From Mytilus californianus (Eukaryota): a stretch of 64,000 bases of DNA. The stretch is taken from assembly GCF_021869535.1 (NCBI RefSeq), contig NW_026262668.1, positions 67,394,001 to 67,458,000 of the forward strand, given 5' to 3'. The notes beneath the pieces were generated by a model. It was not told the DNA's origin. It made no database searches and saw only the letters and a program-made list of their open reading frames with translations. Within the stretch, counting starts at the first letter, position 1, and each line of letters begins with the position of its first letter. Positions 49,159 to 62,811 of this stretch are shown piece by piece. The position numbers and the translations under genes were made by a program.

Positions 49159-49928
49159 GAAAATGGGGCATATGGAATTTGTCATTATTTTTAGACGGAG
49201 CAGAATTTAAAGCCCGACAATCAGAAGTATTTATGAATACTCCTATAACTGACATGTATAAATCATCGACGTTCATCATGCTAAAGATGATTCTTAATTA
49301 TATTAACCCAAAGGTATACCAGTTCGACTTCCTTGATCCAATAAATCTGACAATTACAAAAGAACTGTGCAAACCAGGTACCAGTACACACAGCACAGTT
49401 ACAAAACTTATAAACACTGATACGGGAGAACTTATGGTAGAAAGGCTGGCAAAACTTTGTAGGGTTGACAATGAAACACATCGACCAGTGAAATGGTCTC
49501 CGCAATTTCACCAAATGTTTTCACATTTGAAAGATCGAGAAATGCCCGAAGTATTGAAGAAAACTAGTGCTCCAATTCCAAAACCACCGCTTGATTGTTT
49601 CAAATGGAATTTAAAGTCCCGATATAGTGATATGGATGTAAAAATGCATGCTAACCAATCAATGTACATCAAATCTTGTATAGACTGTGCTACTGACGCC
49701 TCCTTGAATGGTCAACTCGATCAATTTAACGGCGATATTATTTGGTATCCAGTGAAATATCTGAGTATAAATTATATAGCAGAAACTTTTGTCAATGATG
49801 AACTAACTGTCAACATGTGGCAAAATGACAAAGACGTTTCAGTATTATACTTTTCAGTCTGCAGTGATGCTTTAAAAAAGATAGTAACATTTATTGAGAT
49901 GAAATTTGATTTGGACAAAATAAAATAA
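49159..49928 (+). CDS. Uncharacterised ORF, probable terminal exon (about 256 codons)
   Basis: 770 nt without a stop in AT-rich DNA, preceded by a pyrimidine tract and AAG acceptor at 49157-58; protein-like composition; family not recognised. Confidence 0.5.
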
Positions 49929-51749
49929 TCCCAGCTTGATAACTTAACTAATTCTTATATTTTCGTCTTCATGCAAATTTAATTTATTTTAATTGCATGT
50001 GAATCTTCTGATTTACTTCTGATTTGCTTAAAAATAAATTATCACTGAAGAAAAGCATATTTTCGTGAAACCCCATGTACATGTATACATAATCAGGACC
50101 TTCTGCACAATATAATTCAATTATAAAACTTAATTCTAAACTTTCTTCGACAGTGTCAGTTGCACTTGAGCCAAAAATAAAATGTTATGACCAGTCTGAA
50201 TTTTACTGAATGAGTCTTACTTGAGTCACATTGACTGTTCTTTGCCAATTCCAATGAAAAGTACGTGCTTTGTCAAGTAAAGTTTATTGTAAAATACTGC
50301 CTGAATAATGGTTAAGCTGGTAAGAGGACAGCTGTATACCAATAGTAAAGACAGATAACATTGCAGCTATGATTAGATACTGCATTTTTGTGAACCGATT
50401 ATCCATTTAACCTGGTTTTCTCTTCTAGTGAAGCTGTCTACTCTTGGTTATAAATTAAATCACCACACGCCCATCGGGTGTCAATTGTGGTTTTGTGGCT
50501 GTAAAGTTTGAACAATATGAACTCTGACTTGCACGTTTTAAATTTTCTATTGAGGTCATTTTTTCCCCTCGAAATTGAAAAGAGGTTTACATGAGTAAAA
50601 AAAGAGGGAATACTTCAAATCTTAGTATATTGGATCATCTCAATGGAGTGATTCCTTGACAGGTTTTTATCTATTATCGGACCACTCTGCGGACAGCCTC
50701 TTATGAAGGTCTGATGGTGTACCTAAACCAGAGTCTGGAAAAAGAGTTTTAGTGCAACATCTATATGTAAATGATCCGGCTATGACAAATAAGCAGTTGT
50801 GCCAAGAGCGCATGAAACCATCTTATGTGCATATTGAAATTGAAAAATAAAATGGGATATTTAGAAAGCATTTAATCAGAAACAAATTAAAGGCTTTTAG
50901 TAAAAACATGCATGAGGATACTCTTAGGCATATAGGAGTATTGTGTCAATTATGACTGTTTAAAGTCCTATAACTCTGGTATGACAAACCAGAAATTTTT
51001 CAAAATTCACTAATCCCAATAACAGTGTTAAGTTTGTAGTAATTTGATCCAAGCATACTATAGCTAGTGCATATCATTTAAAAAATCATTTTATTTATCT
51101 GACACTCAAAGTTCCATAACTCTGGAATGACGGAATTCTTTTGTAAATCTAACGATGTGTTATAAATGTTCACCAATTCAATTTTATATAAAGTTGTCAA
51201 TAAATCAATCCAAACAAACTCAAGTTATGGTACAACAGGTGAAAAAATTACTTAAATCTGACAACTCAAGGCCAGAAAATTAAATAAATCGAAAGGGGAG
51301 CTTCTTTTTATCAATAGGAACAATAGCGTACAGTTCTGAGGAAACTGGATTTGGTGCGCGATTTGTGAAAAACTGTCTTTATTCAAACTTTTAAAGTATC
51401 GTAACTCTTGAATGAAAAAGGAAAAGCATTTTCAAAATCTTCCGTCAATCCTAATGTTGTAAAAAAATAACATGAGAATTGGTTAATGCAATTTTGAGTT
51501 TTCATACGTAAGTTGACGAACGGATGGTATATCATAATACATCCCGTCTTCGACAGCGTATACAAATCGGGGAGTAAATACCACATGTATGTATTACCAG
51601 TTGCAATTCACGTTTTTATTCCCCAAATTTTAGCATTGTTTTAACTGAATAGCTTAAGCCAACTCAATAAGGATTTAGCTTCCTGCGTCAATATGTGGCC
51701 CAAGGGTGACTTTGGAATGGAAATATGGTCAATTTGGTCTTCTTCCGAT

Positions 51750-52090
51750 CGGTAGTAGAACCCTAGCCAAAAGTGGTGCGTTCGTATGGCTGTGCGAGAT
51801 GTACAAGTACACAGACACGTCCGGTCAGAATGTGGACGTTTAATCCGATGCCTTATGTAAAGAGAATGCCACGTTCTCTGCACGGTAAGGACCCTTGCAA
51901 CAACTATTTGAGGGGTCCGGATGTGGCCTGTTGCAAGGTCAAATTTCTGTCCCTATCCAATATACCCTCATTTTCCAGTGGCAGTCCAATTTCCCCGACA
52001 TTCATCCCGGACGGCCTCTATTACAAGACCCACTTATTGTATTTATTGTAAGCAACCAACAAACAATCAATCAATCAATCAATCAATCAC
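51750..52090 (+). mobile_element. SINE-like element with (CAAT)n tail
   Basis: GC-rich body related to 22370-22745, ending CAAACAATCAATCAATCAATCAATCAATC. Confidence 0.6.
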
Positions 52091-53989
52091 TATATGTCTG
52101 TACTTAAGACTTGTAACTGTACTAAATCTAATGTTGTAACTCAGTTGGATAAAGTCGTAGTCAAATGATTTTGGTCATTCTGTTCAGTACCTATAGTTTT
52201 TAAGCTTTTACTGGTTTTGTGCATTTGGCTTCTTAACCTTTGATCATTGGTAAACCCGATGAAGGGTATTCCAAAAACACGCTATATGCACTGAAATCGG
52301 TTTCGTATGATTGTATATTTAAATACACACCATTACAGTAGTTCCCGTAAACCTTTAACGCCATAAGAGAACATGTCTGACAGCAATGCAGCAGTGATTG
52401 TTGTATGGCGTCACTAGTTCAAGTGTCGCAAATTTCGAGTCAAGTGTCGCAGATTCCGAATTAGCGATAAGATCTATTGACTTTGGGTCAAATGAAAAAT
52501 ACAATAATAATAATTATAAATTCGGTGCGTCCGAACATGTAACTGATTGAATATGTAACGATCTCTATGACCAAGGGAACTTTAAAAGAATATCAGAATT
52601 CGCGTAAGATCCATACTAGTGAATAAAACTATTTTAATATTTATTCAAGTATATGATTTAGGCGTAACATCACAACATAAGAACGAACTATCAAAATCAT
52701 TTGGAAAAGGATTGACCCATCAGCTCAAAACTAATCACACAAAATAGCTTAACAAAAAGACAAAAAAAGACATTAAAGGCCAATGCAAAATGATAGTCGA
52801 CTTTATCATTGCAAAAAAAGTCTAGATTAAGCAACAGAACCCATCCAAAAACTGGGGTTGAGCTCAGATGCTCCGAAAGGGTAAAGAACTTTTTTAGGAG
52901 GGTGATATCACACGACAGTATAATTAAAAACAATAACTCTAATTGGGCTGTCATTTAAAATTACAGATTCTTTTCACATCAATGTTATATAGATAATGAG
53001 ATAATGTAACTATGTACTAATACTATAGATGTTTAAGACTTCTTACCGTTTGGATTTGGTATATTAGCTTTTGCAGCTGCTATATAGTGTGGGTTGCTTT
53101 GACCTATAGGAAAGTCACAAACTGAATAAACATAAACAGTAGACAAACATACAACAAATTAACAAAACAAAAAAAACACTTAAAAGTTTCTTGCAAACTA
53201 AGAATCAATGTACTGATAAAACAAACAAAAAATTAAAAATATACTTCTACATGTAAAGTTTTTTAAAAGGATCAAATTTACTTGTCCATCAATACGATTA
53301 CTATCTTTTCTGAAAATGACAGAAAAAGATTAAAGTTGTGAATGCAAAGAAACTTTCTTTAGCCATTGACAAATGCGAAAGCATTTTATAGGACTTGCAC
53401 AAACGGAAATATTTGGGGACCCAAGTATATCTCATGACTAACGTTTTATATAAGGAAAGTTACCTTTTTTGACGTTTCGATAGCATCTGTCATCGGTTAA
53501 AATTGTTTCTTTGTTTACTGAAGGTTGGTAAAATTAAACAGTTTTCGCCATACACATTTTAAATATTTGCTTCAACAAAGCTTTACAGGTATTTTATTTT
53601 GCTTACGTAACATGGGATATAACTGGTACATATATAAAGATATGGATTATATTGAACTTACTAGCTGACATTTCAGTGACTAATGAGGAATATCTGAAAA
53701 TAAAATTGTATAAAAGCATGTACAATGTATAATGGTATGCTAATGTAGCAAAAAAAGTATATTTATAAAATTTATATTCATGTATTCTTAATTGAGTCTG
53801 GTTACGTACCGTATTAATATTGAGCGTAACTACAAATTCAGTGTATAGTCAAGCTAAAATACACTCCGTGGAGTAGTTTCCATTGAGGCAGTGAAGCAAC
53901 TGCCTCAACAATTTTTTTATTATTAAAATAAATGTAGAAGTATTATTTATATAAACAGAAATAAAATGTATACCTTATTATATAATGAA

Positions 53990-54480
53990 GATGATTCCAA
54001 CATTTGACTTTTCTACCCTTTACCCATGTATTCATCATTATTAAGACTTAATTATTCCAACTTTGAATTTTGTATCATGAATGAATGATCGAGGTAGATA
54101 CAGTAACACATTTTTTGTTTTAAAAGCGGACAAATGATATGTTATAAAAAAAAACTGGTTCAAACAAAAGGTCAGAGCTGAATGTGAAATTGACATGATG
54201 CTTGATTTAGTTTTTCATTTACAACATATTTGTTACGTTTGGTGGACATGGTTTTCCACTGACACTGGACATTCTCGTGGGAACCAACTGTGTTCCTTTT
54301 CTGTGATGTATCTATATCCATATAAAGACAACTTAATAGTTCATCCAATTATAGTAAATATATATCCATGGATCTTGGCAATCCTTCCCTAACGTATAAA
54401 ATTACAGGACATATCAGTTGATATTTTGAACTTTTATATATCCGAATCTGTTCAAAATCATTTGTGAGGTGATCATGATT
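53990..54480 (+). pseudogene. Old Penelope-like RT remnant
   Basis: Decayed TFDFSTLY and NIFVTFGG...GTNC.P motifs. Confidence 0.6.
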
Positions 54481-56293
54481 ATTTCAGTTATTTTTTGTTT
54501 GTTTTGATCAGGACGTGTCTTGGTTTAGTTATCGATAATTGAAATTTTAACCAGCAGTTTCATTCAAATCTGCTTATTTAATGGGCATGGGAAAGTACTA
54601 TTACTTCATGAATAAAAATATTCCCAAATCTAATTTGTTCATAGACAAAAACTCGGTGCCAGTGTGTAGTTGCTTATGAGCGCCCCTCAAAAAAAGACAA
54701 CACCTGGGGAGTGTCAGCGCTTGCAAATGAGTTTAACCCCGCCATATTCTGTATGTGCCCGCGTTTCAATTGTTGTCCTTGGTTGCTGCCTGCTATATTT
54801 GGTTTTTGTTTATAGTTTTTAGTATTAATCAGGTTTTCTCGTTTGAATTATTTTGCATTTTGTCATGTCGGAACCTGTTAAATCTTACTGTACGGTAAGT
54901 TAAGTGTTCCTCAACTTTCTTTTTCCAAACTGCGACACACAAAAAAGTTACTACCCCTAAAAATTCCCCCCCCCCAAAAAAAACATAATAAAAAACAGAG
55001 AGGTATCGGAGACTATTCTTGGGGTATTTAAGACATTTTATAGTTCCCTCTTTTATTGTATATTATAAAAAAAGATGTGGTATGAGTGCCAATGAGACAA
55101 CTCTCCATCCAAGTAACTTGACAAAGTGGAGATTTACAGTACGTGTAATTCTGTATTTCTAGACCAATAACTATCATAATTCTGACTTGTAATAGACATT
55201 TTCCAGACAAAATATTGTGGTAAAAAACTTAACAATTCAGTCCATCCAACTGGCTGTGCTTTAGCCTTTTGATTTTTATATATTTGTAAAAATGTAGTGT
55301 TCAAATAGTAGTTTTGTAAGTACATACCATAGACGTCTTCGCTGTGTTTTTACACTAGATTTTAAGGTTCATATGTAGGAAGTTTAATTTAGAATTTCCG
55401 TTTAATAAAGTGTTTTCGTAAAATCTATTTATATAGATCACCTTTAAACTATTTCTACTTGGTTATTGGTCATAGTCATACTGCATATTTTAAAAAACCA
55501 GGATGCATATCAAAATGAATAGTTTATATGGATACATGTATATATATTAAAGTGTTTTTCAAACGCCCGAATGGTTTTTTTATTATTAGGATAATGATAT
55601 CATTTCTTCCACATAGGAACTCCATGTTTTGTTCAACACATTTTAAATATAATATTAACATATTTCAGTTTATGTATAAAAAAGGAAGATGTTGGGTAAA
55701 CGTAAAATTGATAGTTTAATACCCACAACCAAATTAACCCTAAAACATGTCAAGGCCAACATGCTGATCTCGATGATAGTCCCTCGTCTTTATCATATGT
55801 TTATATACGCATATCAACTAAAAATATAAATTTCTGAGATACATTTGAAAATTGGCCTATTGGATTATAAAGTTGATCTACCGAACAAATTTTATAGAGA
55901 AATTGATCTGATATTAAAAGCAGCAGATTTTAATCAAATTTGATATTACATAGAGCGAAATAACGATTTCTGGCGCATCGCTGTATATTTTTTTATATAG
56001 ATATTCTAGAAATGTGATAGGTAAATCAACAAGCTACTAGGTAGTAAACTGTATCAGAAGAAAATTGCTGATCACCGTGAACCTATAGTCTATATCAAAT
56101 TTTTACTGTTTTTTTTATTCTTCTGTTAAGGGGAAGGATTTATAACCCACTGAAATAACGAGTATTCTGTCAAGGACTCTGTCTTTAATCATTTCTAATC
56201 ATCTTTGATAAAATTGCATGTATTTAGGCATATCGGAAAAAGGAGCATATTTTTGCTGATGTTAAGCGAAAATTTTTGATATCTAATTGCTAA

Positions 56294-57994
56294 GGCCACA
56301 CCAATTTGATTTGTAGTTCTTCGGACAAAAGCTCCAAAAAATATGGGGCGGGCGAGCGAAATTTTTTTAATTGTATTTTTTTCTTGAAAATGAGTTTTTA
56401 TGAGGCGGGTGCTCTGCAGGTGAAGCGAGCGGTATTTTTTTTTTAAGTTGTGCGATTTAGAATTTATGTACATGCTAAAACTGGGTTACTTCATAGAAAA
56501 AGGAGAAGAAACATGCTCTAATGCATATAATTTGATGAATTGGTGCATGAACCATACCCAACTTTCTTGTCTCGCTGTGGTTTAGTTAATTTCTATTATT
56601 TTCGTCAAATAAGCTTTGTCTGCGTGAATTTGCATTAAAATTCATGCATGTGTATATATTAAGGAAGCATAGCAGATGCAGTTTAACAAGAGGAATTATG
56701 TTAGTTAGTAAATGACATATGTTGAATAAATTTAAATATGTGTATGTATCTAAAAAAATGCCCCTGGAAAATATTTAATATTTTTGATATATAGTTGTTT
56801 TCATTATATCAATATATGGTAATGATTGTTTATTGGCTGCTTGATGTCCACTTGGAACTATTTATCCATACCTACTAATGATCAACATAATGAGTGAGGT
56901 GAATATTTCAACAACATTATGAGTAAGATAGTTATATTGTTATGCATGTAAATCTCAATGTATTAAAATATTCCCTTAAAATACATATACCTGTCACCAC
57001 ATTCACATACATTATTCTGACAGCAAAATACTCTTTTATTTTGCTCCTAAAGGCTGCAATGCATTTTAAACTCTTTAGCTTGACTAGAAGTGGTTGAACC
57101 AATTACACATCCCTAATTATTATGAGCATTTTTCCCTTACAAAAGAGTTCTGCTTGCATACCAATAGACTAACAAGGACATATGGCCATGGGGTTTCATC
57201 AAAATAAGATAAATCTGTGATTTTTTCTAAAATTCATGGAAATTCAATATTATTTTCATCAAAGATAGATAGATCTATAAAATAACAAGCATTGTAGATA
57301 AATTTGTACATAATAGCAGCCGGTGTTTCAAAATTCCACGTAGCAAATCTGAACAACATAGAGTCAATATAAACAGTCATTCTTTGTAAGAACAATGTTT
57401 TATTGGAATAGACTACCAAACAATCTCGTGTGTGCCAAGACAATTGATAGCTGTAAAACTTCGGTTGCTCTCACATCGTGGGACTAATTTTCCATCGCCT
57501 TTTTTCCGTTGCCATTGATGCCATATCATGGCCTTGCAACGTACTTATTCAGATTCAGGTCTATGTCTGTTGAAACAATGATTGGGGATGACGATGGTTC
57601 TAATGAACATTGATATAATCGTGCATGGTCATCTAAAGACAGATTTTTAATATTTGTCTCCTAGAACAGGTCTTCATAGATAAAACGAGATGCATTTCGG
57701 ATAACTGTGTGTTCAGTAACTACCTCTCCACGGCAATGAGCTGACACAGCTGCATGTTGGCATCCCGATTTTTGACCTTTTATTTGCAATTTGATTTATC
57801 ACACGTGCGTTTGAATCGATCGGAGCAATAAAAACGTCTATGTGAAAAAAAAAATTCAAAGAGAAACTAAATTTGGAGCGGCATGCGGCCCACAAATTTG
57901 CGGAAGCGGTAATTATTTTTTTTTATTGAAAAGTCAATTTCTCCAAAACTGGAGCGGGAAAATCCAAAGAACTATATATCAAATTGGTGTGGCC
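56294..57994. mobile_element. 1.7-kb non-autonomous PIF/Harbinger-type element
   Basis: TIR GGCCACACCAATTTGAT.T.TAGTTCTT.GGA at both ends; TAA target duplication at 56291-93 and 57995-97. Confidence 0.8.
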
Positions 57995-58587
57995 TAATGT
58001 TGCCAAAATACCCCTAAAATATTAAAAATTAGGTAAAAATTCAAAGGCTATACATTTTTCTTCTTAGTACCGTCGATTTGAATATTCTGTACACGGTTCA
58101 CATAAAACACATAACAGCAATGATAAAATCTTAATTTCAGCATTTTTATAGTCTATTTTCATAAAATTTTGTTTCGCTTATGCAACTGTTTTCATATATT
58201 CGTGACAAAAAACACATAAATTGGACACAGATATCAAATCATTAGCTTTAAGTCTGTAATAGGTCTAAATCGAACTTTATTAATGAAACACTTCGTTTTA
58301 AACACAGCCAAACAGTCAAAATGTGCTAGTCGATGCCCCCAAGTCTGTAACAAGTAACGTTTTCTGCAAATGGGGGTACCTGTAAAGAAAGTCATTTTAA
58401 ATGATGAACAATTGTATCTTTAATCCAAAAATTTGAACATAAGCAGTAGGGGTATATAGTAATCGACTAATGCAAAGGTTGTCCTATTTTATTTCAGTAT
58501 ATGTCAGTATAGGTTAAAAGGAAGTAATTAAAGATGAATGGCGCCACCTAGTTTTTACAAGAGTATTGGGATATTTTAAATAAGCGG

Positions 58588-58802
58588 TGTGGCACCGTTA
58601 AAGTCCAAAATTCATCTAAAGTCCACAACACCGCTAAAGTCCACAATAAATTTCCGTTAAAGTCCATAACGCCGCTAAAGTCCACAAACTTTCCGCTAAA
58701 GTCCACAAAATGACCTCCACTAAAGTCCACAAGAAAACGCCGTTAAAGTCCACAATAACAAGTTCCGCTAAAGTCCACAAAAAAACACCGTTAAAGTCCA
58801 CA
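58588..58802 (+). repeat. Ten copies of CCG(C/T)TAAAGTCCACA-like motif with short variable spacers
   Basis: TAAAGTCCA counted 10 times; array starts TGTGGCACCG. Confidence 0.85.
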
Positions 58803-61124
58803 CATTATTTTTTATTATAAAAAAATCAATTCCCCCCTTTTTTTTTATCCCGTTAGTACAATAAAAAGCATGGCCTTTTGTTCTTGGTAGTTATTTCTTT
58901 TATCAGTTTGATAAATGAAAAAAGTAAAGTTTCTGTAGAAGATTTTGTTCCATTAATTTGATCTTTGTATTCTGATGATCCAATCAGTGACTCAAACAGG
59001 CCAATTTGGACATCCTTTCTAAAAAGTTATCTAGTCATAGTAAATTCGTTAGTTATTACAAAATTACTGCATTCTTCAAGTACAGTAACTGGTTTTTTTT
59101 CCTTCTTATTCTTTGTATATAATCACTTTTGGACGTATCTAATATACATAGCAAACGTAAAGGGACATGTTATTGATAAATTGATTTTTTTTTTGCTGTT
59201 TAAAAACATGAGCACGTACCAGAAATTCTAAATATGAATCGATTTTGCTAGATTTAATTAAATTGTTAATAAACATAAGCACATGGACATGGGCCCCTCC
59301 AGCTATTTTTTCAACTTTTATATAGATTACCGATATAAAAGTAGAAAACATAGCTGGATAGTAAAACAGCACAAATAAGTAAAAATATCAGTATAGATGA
59401 CCAGGAATAGGTAGATAAACGTTATTTATGTATAAGGCTTGGAATCAGAACTTTGGCAAAATATTGCCGCGTAAAATAGGGAGACGACAGGATACATCAT
59501 CACGACTCCATGTAACTGCATGTGTAAATAAGAATACGTGGTATGAGTGCCAATGAGACTACTCTCTATCAAATATTTTGTATAAGTTATTGCTATCGGA
59601 TTAACGTATTTAAAAACCTACATTACATACATAATTATCATAACAAGACTGGACACACTAAAATGTCTTCCCTGTTTTAGAGTTTATAATTGAATTTATT
59701 TGAAAGTGAAAAAAAGTTTTTACAACAAGCATTACATTAAATTTACAATTCAATGATCGATGAAAATGATGTCAAGGTGAGATAATTTTTTTTAGACAGA
59801 CATGGAGGCCGTATAAATTCATCCCATGATATACCAAATTAATCCTTTCCCTTTCACACCGGTACAGCTTACCGGTGAAGCCAATTTTAAGATATTTTTT
59901 GTGCATTTAGTTTTGTTCCATCGCTGACGTACAGATGTGGATAAGGGCTCAAATTAATGGAAAAATGACAGACTAAGGAGTGGATTCCTCCTATATTTGC
60001 GTAAAAATCATGCATTTGGCAACAAAAACATATCATCTGAACACATAATTTCTAAAAGAAAACTAACTGGGTGAGGATCTTCATATGTTTTTTTTTTTTT
60101 TTTTTTACGTCTTGAGTAGTAGACTTAAGTACTTAAATTTCAATATATTCCTAACGATGCCAGTGGTGCAGCGGTATGTTGAATAACCCATGGCGGAAAG
60201 ATCGCGTGTTCACTGCCGGAGGTGGAAAAACATAACTTATTATTTATTGACGTACAGATGTACAATTATCTTCAAAATTAAATTTCTGAAATATTTTACC
60301 AAACTTTCAATTTCAAAAAGAAAACCAACGAAATATTAATGTTTGTTTTTAAAAGAATGTGTGTGCCAAATTGCCCCCCACCCCTATTTTCCCCCATTTG
60401 CCCCATCGGGTTCGGTCCAGGGTGCGCAACAAGTTATCATAGGTAATTCAATGAATTTTCCCTTGTAAAAACAAAATTTTGGTTACTGCTTGATTGAAAA
60501 CGATTTAGACAAAAAACTAGTGTCCGAGTTTGAAATTGGACGAAAAGAATGTCTGAAATCAGTTATTTTGAATGTTACGGACATCGAGATTTCAAGGCAT
60601 GTAACATGTATTTCCTCTTTTAATACCAATATAATAACTTGTCTGTCTTTAACAGACTTGAGGCATTCATGTTTGTGTTCCCACCAAAACCTTACCCTAT
60701 TAGCGCAACAATATGCCTCTACACGACTTTTGGCCCAAGGATTTCGTATTTTTCCACATTTTCTCCAAACGTCACGTGCCTTTGGAAACATACCTCGTGA
60801 CTCAAGAATGACGAATTATCTTCAAAATTAAATTTCTGAAATATTTGACCAATTATCTTTCATATGAGCCCAACATGGCATGTACATGACCATTGGCGCG
60901 AATGCAGTATTCATTTGAACTTTGATAGTGTCTTTTCGATAAGTAAAGGTCTAAAATGCCTGAAAGGGAAAGGGTTAAGTTAACTTATCGCTCAAAGTAT
61001 CTCGGAGGCAAACATCATCAAGAAATACAAACTTTGACTAATGCACCATTAAATTATGATACAGACCAGACAGACAGTCATGTACACCTTACCTTAGAGG
61101 ATTGCTGCTCACAAGGAAGCTATT

Positions 61125-61560
61125 AAACCAAGAGTTCCAAATGGTGAAGTTGAAATCATCCCTTCGTAAATTTTACGGACGCCATCACGAGTTGGTTGAC
61201 CGTTATGGAATAACCGTTTCACAAATGATATCGGATATGTTCCTTATGTCGTAACTACAATACCATTCCCTTTTCACGAATGTGACCTACCGAATTAGAC
61301 TATTTACCGGATTTGTAATAACATAAGCAACACGACGGGTGCCACATGTGGAGCAGGATCTGCTTACCCTTCCGGAGCACCTGAGATCACCCCCAGTTTT
61401 TGGTGGGGTTCGTGTTGCTTAGTCTTTAGTATTCTATGTTGTGTCATCTGTACTATTATTTGTCTGTTTGTATTTTTATTTTTGGCCATGGCGTTGTCAG
61501 TTTGTTTTCGATCTATGAGTTTGACTGTCCCTCTGGTATCTTTCGTCCCTCTTTTACAAC
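61125..61560 (+). mobile_element. 5'-truncated Penelope-like 3' end
   Basis: Encodes an RT C-terminus (KLKSSLRKFYGRHHELVDRYGITVSQMISDMF) then GAGCAGGATCTGCTTACCCTTCCGGAGCACC; related decayed copies at about 46830-46900 and 52830-52890 (-). Confidence 0.7.
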
Positions 61561-61799
61561 CATTCAATACACAAGATGTATACATGACTTTAATATTAAT
61601 TTACCTATAATATCTGAGAAACTGTCAAAACTATATATTAAGCATTTCAGTTTAATTCTATCAGTCTTCTCACAAGTAAACAGCTGGCTTGACGGTCTTT
61701 GTAGTAAAGTTCCTAAATATTCTAAAAACTTATATTCCAACATTATATGTTCTTCCAATAACTTCAATTTCAGTGAGCATTTTAACTCAATTTCATACT

Positions 61800-62803
61800 A
61801 ATACAGGAGATTAACTGATAACGTTACAATGAAGCGTGACTTTTGTATTTAGTTAAAGCTTTATTTATTTATTGATTCTAGATAAATTTGACAAATTTCT
61901 TAAAATTTGGCAGACCGCACGAGTACGGTCCGACCGTTATACTTATTTTGAATAAGTACGTGTAAGGTCTGGACCATATACGCGTATGGTCCAAATGCGC
62001 ATTATGGTCTGGAATATCCGTACATAGAAAGTGATTAAAATTTGATATAATTAGTAGGTAAACTATTAAGAAAATGTAAAATAACCTTTTACAATATAAA
62101 GTTACAGTTGTATGTTGATTTTTACAAAAACAGGAAGCAGACAAGAGCAGTCACTTTGATTTGTTTAGACAAACTTGAGATCAGAGTAAAAAATTTGTTT
62201 TAGTGTTGTCAATTGAAAATGTTTGCTTACCAGGATATTTGGATCATCGTTCGACCTATTAACTGATTAACCTGAAGTAAAGTGGGTGTTCAAAGGTCTT
62301 GTTTAAAGTACTCTGCAAATTTATGGTATTAGAGTCTGATAATTTTCTCATCTAAATCTGAAACCTAGTTTATGCAAGTTCAGCCAATTTTATTAAGGAG
62401 TGTTTTGATCAAAAATTTGCATCTTCAAATTGTTTTACATTGACCTACAACGTATATGTTCCAGACCATACGAGTATTTGGACCGTACATGTACGGTCTG
62501 GACCGTATGCATACTTTTTCAAAATACGCATACGGTCGGACTGTATGCGTACGGTCTGTCTAATTTTAAGAAGTTGGTCAAGTGCATCAGATTGAATATT
62601 GCTCCCTGAATTAAAGTTATCCGAAGAAAACATAATTTAGGAAGAAATGCTTTTAGAATATTTATGAATTTTACTAGAAAAACCGTCGAACCAGCTGTTT
62701 TCTTGTTCATCTAACTGTAATACTATTAATTTGTAAAACTCAATAAAAGTTTTAACTATTCAAAAAAAGTCACGTTCATTTAATATGTTAATCTCCTGTA
62801 TTT
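61800..62803. mobile_element. About 1-kb foldback element with palindrome-rich arms
   Basis: AATACAGGAGATTAA...GTGACTTTT inverted at 62760-62803; 61885-62015 inverted at 62455-62582; internal hairpins GGACCATATACGCGTATGGTCC and GACCGTACATGTACGGTC. Confidence 0.7.
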
Positions 62804-62811
62804 CGCATGTC

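Noticed and set aside
58588-58802. Mini-CRISPR interpretation of the motif/spacer array
   Set aside because: Spacers are only a few nucleotides, repeats are too short, and there are no cas genes.
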